Part shown: piece by piece, positions 56,556 through 64,000 of the stretch
Position numbering within the stretch: position 1 is the first letter of the stretch
Layout of the letters: each line of letters begins with the position of its first letter
NCBI GenBank assembly: GCA_977018835.1
Contig: OZ361256.1
Span: 4,464,001 to 4,528,000 of the forward strand
Direction: 5' to 3'
Origin: Minutocellus sp. GHC0000111
Taxonomy: Eukaryota
DNA: 64,000 nucleotides
Program-made: the position numbers and the translations under genes
Notes under the pieces: model-generated
What the model saw: the letters and a program-made list of their open reading frames with translations, nothing else
The model's database searches: none
Told to the model about the DNA's origin: nothing

Positions 56556-59500
56556 ATGGCCGATCACGCGGAAGACGAGGGTCATGCCGCCGCTGCCGAT
56601 GATTACGGGCACGAGCATGCCGCTGCTCCCTCATCGTCTTCCCAGCACGATGAACCCTCTCACCCCTCCCCAACCAGCCGGCCACGTCACTCGCCCCTGG
56701 CCGTCCCCTACCCCATGCGCCGCCACGGCCGCCCCTCCTCCTCCTTCGGCGCCCCGTCCAGCTCCGGCTCCACCGCCCGGCCGGCCTCGTTCGGCGGCCG
56801 CCCATCTCCCCGGATGGGCCTCAGCGCGCGGAACGCCCTCCACAGCGACGAGGAGCCCCTGCAGTACGCCCGCAACGTCAGCGGTGGCAGCAACATTGGT
56901 GGTGGTATTGGAGGTGGGCCGCAGCACCATGATCATCCGATGTCGAACGGCAGCCACGACGACGAGCTGGCGGCGCACCATCATCACGGCATCGGCATGA
57001 CTAATAACAATGGAGGAGAGGGGTATCCTCCTCACGGAAACGGCAATACTGGATTCGACGCGACCAAAAGTCCCGGGCGATTCACCCAGGCCTATCGGCG
57101 GCACGGCCACGGCCATGGCCATCACCCCGACAATGGGCAGATGATGCAGCAGGGGGAATCCGATCATCATGGCTATCAATACGCACCCCCATCCACCGGC
57201 GATGCTGCCATGCACCATCCGCAGCACCATCACGACATGCATCCGCACTACCACCCCCATGCCCATCCTCATGTTCATGCACACCCGCACCACAATGGAG
57301 GACGGAGACGGCATCTCATCCTGACCAAGGTGTTCCAGTGCACCGTCCTCCTCATCATTGGCGTGTATACCATAATCGTAAGGAGGGGGACCACCGTACT
57401 CGACGGTCGGGGTGGGATGAAGAGGGATTGGTGGAGCGACGGGTTTGGAAGTGGGGGTAGCGGTGGCGGTGCCAATGAACCGCCGGGACAGAGAGGAGTT
57501 GGGGGTGGGGGCGGCATGAAGGGCATATTTGGACCCGGCGGGAACAGCCTCGGTGGTGGTGATGGTGGTGATGCTATCCACACAAATACGAATCCACATG
57601 CCAATAATGACGAGGACACCGATGCATTGTTGTACGACGGGAGGCCCATCACGACCGTGTCGGCCGAGCGGGCGGTGCGGTGGAAGGCCGACGAGATTGG
57701 CAGGGCAAGGGGCAACATGGACAGCCGGGCGGACGCGAGGCGGAGGCGGACGGTGCCTCGATCAGTTGCAAATAGGAATGGCAATGGAAACAATGGCGAT
57801 GGTGTTGGCAACGACGACGCAAAGGTTCGGCAAATTGAAGATGCCCTGCGCACATCATCGCGGCATTCGTTTGCACTGTTGGACGAAAATCGATCGGGGA
57901 TGCCGCCGCCGATGGCGCGGTCGCTGCACGCAGAACCAGAAATACCGCCCGTGGACCGGGATGCGACCAATGCCGATGGCAGTCCACTGACCGAGGAGCA
58001 GATCCAAGAGAAGGAGGAGGCGCGGAAGAAGCAGCTGGATGCCCAGATCGATGCCCTGGAGCGATTGGAGGCGGCATCTGCAGAGGAATTGTGCGGATCC
58101 GAGGCCAGGGATGCCTCCAAGGCCCACCCCGGCTCGTATCTGCGACGAGATGTACTGAACGATCAGTCGCGCGTTTTGATAACGGGCATCCTCAACCCCA
58201 TTGGATTTCACTTGGCTCTGGCGCTGAAGAAAAAATGCGGCGTCCAGACCATCATGGGCATCGACAACATGTTCCCCAACTCCATCCTGAATCGGCTGGA
58301 GATGGTCCGGCGGATGAGCATCCTTAGCAAGGAAATACCCGGTTTCAGCCAGCCCATCATGCTCCCGTACGTCGGCCTTGATCCCAGATTGAATCTGAAG
58401 AAGATTGCCGCCAGCGGGGGCGGGCCGCATGGCATTGACATCATGCTCCCGTCGACGGGAGAGATCAATTTTCTGACGTTTCGTCCCACCCACGTCGTGC
58501 ATTTGGCCAGTGCCTATGATAATTCCTACCGGGACGATGCCGGCGTGAGGGAGGGCAAACACCACATCGAGCACGTCTACGGTACCGAGAATCGCACCCC
58601 ACCAATGTACCAGGTGCGAACGGCCGGGGCGGGGATGGAACACATATTGACCAGCATTGCGACGGCGCCCGATGACACGGCGAGTGGTCGGAACTTCCGA
58701 CCGCACCTTGTCTACGCGAGCAGCCGAAGCATCGTCGATGTTGATGTGATGAAGAGAAGTAGCGAGAAGAGCGTCGGCGATCATGGTGAGGGCGACGAAG
58801 AGTCAACCTCGCCTTCGGAACGCTTTCATCCTGCCATCAAAGTGGTCGACGAAGTCTTGGCATCGACCTATTCGTCACTTTATGGGGTTTATTCTGTCGG
58901 TCTTCGTCTTGGCGACGTCTACGGCCCTTGGGGTGTCCAGGGATCTCCCGACTTTGACCTCGCTGAAGTTGCGGTAGCAGATTGGGAGCGCCATTCTCGA
59001 CAATTGGCGGAATCAAGAAATGGCGAGAACGATAAGGATGATGCACCCGAAAATTTCTCCTTACTCCGTGCGGCATCCCTAGATTCCCATGAAGTCGCAA
59101 CCCAAAAGGACTTGCTCTTTGTGGACGACACAGTGGATGCAATAATAGCTGCGATGCAATTCCGAAAAGAGGATGAGGCCGCCGCTGTATTTGATTTACT
59201 GTCTGACACCGACAACGCCGACAACAAAGTCACCTTGGAATCTGTGGCTTCGGCGATGGAGTCACTCATGCCTGGAAATGACGAAGCGGATGAAAAGAAG
59301 TTGCTTCCTTCTAAAATATCAGCAAAGAAGGAGGGAGATGACGGCTCCATGTCGCCCAAGAAGCATCTCGGTTGGTCGCCTGTCACGTCTGTCCGCGATG
59401 GAATTGCCCGGCTTTTGGCGTGGCATCTCGACGAGCGGTCGCCTTACGGCCCCGATCCTAACGCAGCTAATGCCAAGGGTAAGGGTAGCAGCCCTGCCAA

Positions 59501-61103
59501 CAAGGAGCTAGATATGGGCGATGACGACGAGGCTGCCGTGGGACAAAAGGATGGCAAATCGAGATATTTGGAGACCGGCAACGAGTTCCTTCAACGGACA
59601 GGATTCCCGACATGTCCTGCTGACGATGATCAATGTCACAGAGGAAATCACATCTTTCCCTGCGCGTCAGAGTGCGTTCCAACCTCCGGTACCTGCAAGG
59701 CGTCAATCTATGATGGGGTCGTTGACCTGACGAAAGATGTCACCGCTGGATGCGACATTGTCCTCTACACCACATCCCTCGGTTATGATGTTGAGCAGCT
59801 CCAGCTCAAGGCTACGCACAGGGACGATGATGAGGAGGATGGATACGAGCTCAGCACATGCAACGTTGCATTTGTACCGAGTGGCAGTCAGTTGGTGGAT
59901 TTGGCCACCACCAAAGTTCCGCAGAATGCCCTCGAAGATATCCAAAGCGACGAGGACAAGGCAGCGGGCAAGCCGGTCCCCGAGATTAGCGACTTGACCA
60001 AGGAGGAGAAACTCGTGATGCTGAATGGTCGGATTCTGCATCGGGGCTGGGTCCTTGTTTGGGTCCCAGACACTATGGATGGTGAGAACGCAGATGAAAT
60101 GTGGTTGCCAAAGCTAACCCCCGGTCGGCTGATGCACGAGGACGTCCAATATGCCATGTTTGTCGATGAGTTTTTCACCGTGACGCCAAACATCGATGAC
60201 GTCCAATTCCTCGTTTCCGAGATGCATCGGCCTGCACTTAGGGAACGGCCATTCCACAAGGTCGACGAGAATGGGAAGAAGATCAAATTTATCCTTCCCG
60301 CAGAACCCGAGCGCCGCGCCGCAATCATGATGAACAACATCAAGCAGAAGAAATCCAAGGACGAAGAAACTGGCGACGCCGAGAAGATTTCCGTCTACGA
60401 TGCCGCCAAGTTCATGGTCTACGAGAATGGCGGCGATCCTAGCCAAAGCGATCCCAAGCCCCTCAAGCGACAACGAGAATTCTACGAGCGAGTAACATCC
60501 TTCGTCAATCGCGACGACCTCCGCTCCGTCGCAGAGCCGGTGCATAAATATGAAATGAAGCACTGGATCCGATCGCGGTGGGTGATTCATGACCTCAAGA
60601 CCGAAGAAGGCCGACAGATACGGTGCGACTGGTTCCGTGAGCATGCGCATTGGGGCAACCCGCTCGACCAGCTCAGTTTCGCCCATGTAATGGCTGTCCG
60701 AGAAGTCGAACGTAAGTTTACTCGCAACGAGCCCGACGATCGGATGCGTGCACAGTTGCCGCAAGAACCTGAAGAGATTGCCGACATCGGCGACAAGAAG
60801 GAGTGGCACCGTCTCATTGGTCCAGCAGAGTCGTACGAAAAGAAGCTCGAAGATGTTGGTAGAATAGGCCGGGGGGAGGACGACGTTGACGAGGAAGCAA
60901 ACGCAGCATTGGCAAGCGTCGCTGCTGCAGCGGACGAGGATCGGCCTGGCCAACTCTACGCCAGAATATTGAGCGACAAAATCATGCTAATTTGTCGCAA
61001 GATATGGACCGAGAATCGTAAGAAGGTTCTAAGGGCATTGCAAAGGAAGAAGGAACGCGAAGAGGCACAAGCTGCGATCGCACAGCCTCCGCAAGATCAG
61101 TAG
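56556..61103 (+). CDS. Type II membrane protein: UDP-glucuronate 4-epimerase-like SDR domain fused to a DUF616 (TOD1/MUCI70-like) domain
   Basis: TM helix; VLITG..IGFHLALAL..GIDN, THVVHLA, LVYASS, GLRLGDVYGPWG and LGWSP; then PKL.PGRL..YAMFVD and CDWFREH..DQLSFAHVM. Confidence 0.8.
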   Translation: MADHAEDEGHAAAADDYGHEHAAAPSSSSQHDEPSHPSPTSRPRHSPLAVPYPMRRHGRPSSSFGAPSSSGSTARPASFGGRPSPRMGLSARNALHSDEEPLQYARNVSGGSNIGGGIGGGPQHHDHPMSNGSHDDELAAHHHHGIGMTNNNGGEGYPPHGNGNTGFDATKSPGRFTQAYRRHGHGHGHHPDNGQMMQQGESDHHGYQYAPPSTGDAAMHHPQHHHDMHPHYHPHAHPHVHAHPHHNGGRRRHLILTKVFQCTVLLIIGVYTIIVRRGTTVLDGRGGMKRDWWSDGFGSGGSGGGANEPPGQRGVGGGGGMKGIFGPGGNSLGGGDGGDAIHTNTNPHANNDEDTDALLYDGRPITTVSAERAVRWKADEIGRARGNMDSRADARRRRTVPRSVANRNGNGNNGDGVGNDDAKVRQIEDALRTSSRHSFALLDENRSGMPPPMARSLHAEPEIPPVDRDATNADGSPLTEEQIQEKEEARKKQLDAQIDALERLEAASAEELCGSEARDASKAHPGSYLRRDVLNDQSRVLITGILNPIGFHLALALKKKCGVQTIMGIDNMFPNSILNRLEMVRRMSILSKEIPGFSQPIMLPYVGLDPRLNLKKIAASGGGPHGIDIMLPSTGEINFLTFRPTHVVHLASAYDNSYRDDAGVREGKHHIEHVYGTENRTPPMYQVRTAGAGMEHILTSIATAPDDTASGRNFRPHLVYASSRSIVDVDVMKRSSEKSVGDHGEGDEESTSPSERFHPAIKVVDEVLASTYSSLYGVYSVGLRLGDVYGPWGVQGSPDFDLAEVAVADWERHSRQLAESRNGENDKDDAPENFSLLRAASLDSHEVATQKDLLFVDDTVDAIIAAMQFRKEDEAAAVFDLLSDTDNADNKVTLESVASAMESLMPGNDEADEKKLLPSKISAKKEGDDGSMSPKKHLGWSPVTSVRDGIARLLAWHLDERSPYGPDPNAANAKGKGSSPANKELDMGDDDEAAVGQKDGKSRYLETGNEFLQRTGFPTCPADDDQCHRGNHIFPCASECVPTSGTCKASIYDGVVDLTKDVTAGCDIVLYTTSLGYDVEQLQLKATHRDDDEEDGYELSTCNVAFVPSGSQLVDLATTKVPQNALEDIQSDEDKAAGKPVPEISDLTKEEKLVMLNGRILHRGWVLVWVPDTMDGENADEMWLPKLTPGRLMHEDVQYAMFVDEFFTVTPNIDDVQFLVSEMHRPALRERPFHKVDENGKKIKFILPAEPERRAAIMMNNIKQKKSKDEETGDAEKISVYDAAKFMVYENGGDPSQSDPKPLKRQREFYERVTSFVNRDDLRSVAEPVHKYEMKHWIRSRWVIHDLKTEEGRQIRCDWFREHAHWGNPLDQLSFAHVMAVREVERKFTRNEPDDRMRAQLPQEPEEIADIGDKKEWHRLIGPAESYEKKLEDVGRIGRGEDDVDEEANAALASVAAAADEDRPGQLYARILSDKIMLICRKIWTENRKKVLRALQRKKEREEAQAAIAQPPQDQ

Positions 61104-61266
61104 GATGCAACAAGTCTACTTTTCTCTATCGGTGCATAACCAATAGAACACAATTTTGCTACATCTAATGTTCATCTCTAAATTTTACTTGATACTAGTA
61201 ATAATAATATGCAAAATGCGGCTTTGTGCGGCATTGTCATACAGCAAAATTGATGTCTCGAATCAT

Positions 61267-64000
61267 TTACTCAATCTCAGCGAGCAGATCATCACCCTCC
61301 ACATTGTCGCCCGCCTCAACGAGGACGCGCTTGATAACACCGCCGATGGTACTCTTGATCTCGGTCTCCATCTTCATGGCCGAGAGTTTGAACAGAGTCT
61401 GTCCCTCTTCGACCTCCTGTCCAACTTCGACATAACTATCGACCAAGACACCAGGCATTGGGCAGCCGATGCTGCCCTTGTTGGTAGGATCGCTCTTCTC
61501 GCGGCGAACCTTGACGGCACCACCAGAACCAGCCATGAGATCAGGGGTGAGGGTGTCAGGGGTGCGGATGAACCACTTCTCTCCGTTAACCTCGAGAGTC
61601 ACGTTGCGAGTACCAAAATCCTCGTTGTAGTTGTCGATGTGGGCGAGACGGATGTAGAAGTCCTTGCCAGGAGCAACGGAAACGAGGACCTCCTCACCGG
61701 GCTTGAGAGGTCGAATTAAGACATTGGTCGGGAGCTCATCGATGACTCCATACTCCTTCTCCCAGGCCATCCATGCCTTGAAGACGTCAGGATAGAGGGC
61801 ATGCGAGAGGACATCCTTGAAGCTGATTCTTGCACTGCCGTAGGCCTCCTTGAGTGCTGCCTCAGAAGCATCGAAATCATACGAGGGAAGCTCGGCACCA
61901 GGGCGACCGGTGAAGTAAGATCTACCATCGGCGAGGGAACGGCCCTTGAGGACATTGGCGCGCATTACCTCAGGGAAACCACCGGGAGGGACACCGAGGG
62001 CGCCCTGGAAGTACTCGACGACAGATCCTGGGAGAGGCAGAGTCGAAGCGTTGGCAATGAGGTCCTCGGAAGACAGCTTCATGCTGATCATGAACTGAGC
62101 AAGGTCGCCCACAGCCTTGGAACTGGGCGTAACCTTGGGAATGTCACCCATAACCAGATTCGCCTCGATGTAAGCCTTCTTGACTTCGGCAAAGCGTCCA
62201 GCAAGACCGAGCTGCTTGGATTGGAACAGAAGGTTGGTGTACTGGCCACCGGGGATCTCATGCTTGTAGACGCTGCTACCAATGGCGGAGGGTAGCTCGG
62301 TAACCACAAAGGGGAGGTACATGTGACGAACAGACTCCCAATACACGTTGAGCTGCTGCAGGACGTCCAAATCGAGGTTGGTCTTCTCGGGTCCAACGCC
62401 GGAGACGATGGCACCCAGACAAGGCTGAGAGCTCAAGCCCGACATGGCATCGATGGCGCCGTCCACGATATCGGCACCGGCCTCGGCGGCGGCAATCATG
62501 GCGGCAACGCCAGCACCGGCAGTATCATGGGTATGGACGTGGATGGGAACCTCGGGGAACTTGGCTCGGAGAGCTGAAATAAGAACCTTGGCGGCACGGG
62601 GAGTAAGAAGACCGGCCATATCCTTGACGGCGAGGGCATGAGCACCCATCTTCATAAGCTCAACGGCATACGTCAGGTAGTAGAGGTTGTACTTGTAGTT
62701 GGGATCGTCCTTGGTCACATCGCCGGTGTAGCAAAGGACGGCCTCGACGAATCCACCCGAAGCGGCGGCGGCCTCGATGCCAATCTTCATGTTTTCAGGA
62801 TCATTGAGAGAATCGAAGACACGGAAGACATCCATTCCGGAGTCGTATGCCTGCTTGCAGAAGGCATAAACAACGTTGTCAGGGTAGGCGGTGTAACCGA
62901 CGGCGTTGGCGCCACGGAGGAGCATTTGGAAGCACACGTCGGGAACTTTGGCACGGAGGGCCTCCAATCGTCGCCAAGGGCACTCATGGAGGAATCTCAT
63001 CGACACATCAAAGGTGGCGCCGCCCCACATCTCGAGACTGAACACATCCTGAGATCCTCCGTACGCCTTGTTGGTGGCCTCGGCTGCCTTGAGCATATCG
63101 ACGGTCCTCATACGAGTGGCCAAGAGACTCTGGTGAGCATCTCGCCAGGTAGTGTCGGTGAAGAGGACACGATCATGCTGCCGAACGGCACGAGCCATGG
63201 CCTTAGCACCCTCCTGTCTAAGAATGTGACGGAAGTGAGGAGAAGAGAGGCCGGCGTTCTTCTTACTGAGGATGTCATTGATGGCATCAAGATTGGGAGG
63301 GGCCACATCGTTGAGAGAAATCATTTTAGACTTCTCGGGGTCGGCACCAAGAGTCTTGGGATGGCCATTGACGGCGATGTTGGCAATGTACTTCAAGTAT
63401 CCCTCCAGGTCATCGAGCTTCTGGTACGAAGGACGGAACGACTGCTTGTCGAGGGGATCATGAGGAATGGGCTGAATATCGAGCAGCGAGGGATTGTTTT
63501 CAATAAAGTTGAGGTCAAAGTTGCCTCGGACGAAATCAGGATGCGCCAAAACGTTGAGGAGGAAGGGGATGTTATGCTTCACGCCACGAATATGGTTGTC
63601 CAAGAGACAACGGTGCATGCGTCTGATGACGCCATCCCAAGTGGACGACCGGGCAGTGTACTTGATGAGGAGGGAGTCAAAGTAGGGCTGAACGACCATG
63701 CCGCTGTAGGCAGCACCATCGAGACGAATTCCAGGACCGACACTGTGACGGCAGACGTCCAGCATTCCGGTGTCGGGCGCAAAGTCTCTGGAGGGATCCT
63801 CGGTGATGATGCGGCACTGCATGGCAATACCACGGGGGACAATGTCCTCCTGGTTGAGTCCAATCTGCTCGAACGAGGCACCACTGGCGATGAGGAAGGT
63901 CGTCTGGACGATATCGATTCCCGTCACTTCTTCAGTGACTGTATGTTCGACTTGGACGCGAGGGTTGACTTCCATGAAGTAGTGCTGGCCGTTCTCGTCG
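61267..64000 (-). CDS. PYC: Pyruvate carboxylase, 5' part outside the window
   Basis: FMEVNPRVQVEHTVTE, TDTTWRDAHQSLLATR, LEMWGGATFDV, KDMAG, HVHTHDT, HEIPGGQYTNL, KVTPSSK and biotinyl AMKM. Confidence 0.97.
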   Translation of the reverse strand, partial: DENGQHYFMEVNPRVQVEHTVTEEVTGIDIVQTTFLIASGASFEQIGLNQEDIVPRGIAMQCRIITEDPSRDFAPDTGMLDVCRHSVGPGIRLDGAAYSGMVVQPYFDSLLIKYTARSSTWDGVIRRMHRCLLDNHIRGVKHNIPFLLNVLAHPDFVRGNFDLNFIENNPSLLDIQPIPHDPLDKQSFRPSYQKLDDLEGYLKYIANIAVNGHPKTLGADPEKSKMISLNDVAPPNLDAINDILSKKNAGLSSPHFRHILRQEGAKAMARAVRQHDRVLFTDTTWRDAHQSLLATRMRTVDMLKAAEATNKAYGGSQDVFSLEMWGGATFDVSMRFLHECPWRRLEALRAKVPDVCFQMLLRGANAVGYTAYPDNVVYAFCKQAYDSGMDVFRVFDSLNDPENMKIGIEAAAASGGFVEAVLCYTGDVTKDDPNYKYNLYYLTYAVELMKMGAHALAVKDMAGLLTPRAAKVLISALRAKFPEVPIHVHTHDTAGAGVAAMIAAAEAGADIVDGAIDAMSGLSSQPCLGAIVSGVGPEKTNLDLDVLQQLNVYWESVRHMYLPFVVTELPSAIGSSVYKHEIPGGQYTNLLFQSKQLGLAGRFAEVKKAYIEANLVMGDIPKVTPSSKAVGDLAQFMISMKLSSEDLIANASTLPLPGSVVEYFQGALGVPPGGFPEVMRANVLKGRSLADGRSYFTGRPGAELPSYDFDASEAALKEAYGSARISFKDVLSHALYPDVFKAWMAWEKEYGVIDELPTNVLIRPLKPGEEVLVSVAPGKDFYIRLAHIDNYNEDFGTRNVTLEVNGEKWFIRTPDTLTPDLMAGSGGAVKVRREKSDPTNKGSIGCPMPGVLVDSYVEVGQEVEEGQTLFKLSAMKMETEIKSTIGGVIKRVLVEAGDNVEGDDLLAEIE

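Overview
Gene-dense eukaryotic nuclear DNA, most likely from a diatom. The evidence is short GT-AG introns, an ASAFAP-type plastid-targeting motif, RXL-type cleavage sites in secreted proteins, S/P-rich extracellular proteins and TTAGGG repeats; the species cannot be determined from the sequence alone. Bases 1-6 kb hold an LRR gene, two ORFs sharing a repeated GW..YxxP..DYF..EV..YL (MBD-like) module and a truncated non-LTR retrotransposon ending near an interstitial (TTAGGG)3. Bases 6-35 kb are mostly housekeeping or conserved genes: argininosuccinate synthase, U-box/Sel1, a secreted metzincin-EGF protease, MYND, a 2OG-Fe(II) oxygenase, TRM112, JmjC, twin-Cx9C, CHMP1, VHL-PUB, LURP1-like, FCF2, a CAT transporter, a Cys-rich secreted protein, a His-phosphatase-like protein and SPF27. 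Bases 35-53 kb are an accessory island with four tandem paralogues of a secreted family that share a conserved N-terminal domain and carry variable S/P stalks and C-terminal modules. The island also contains a TGT..ACA MITE inside a (TA)n tract and gene fragments. The window ends with an LRAT-like pseudoenzyme, an epimerase-like/DUF616 fusion and the 3' part of pyruvate carboxylase. Several 1-bp frameshifts in short runs suggest an imperfectly polished assembly. All family assignments come from motif recognition, not from database searches.
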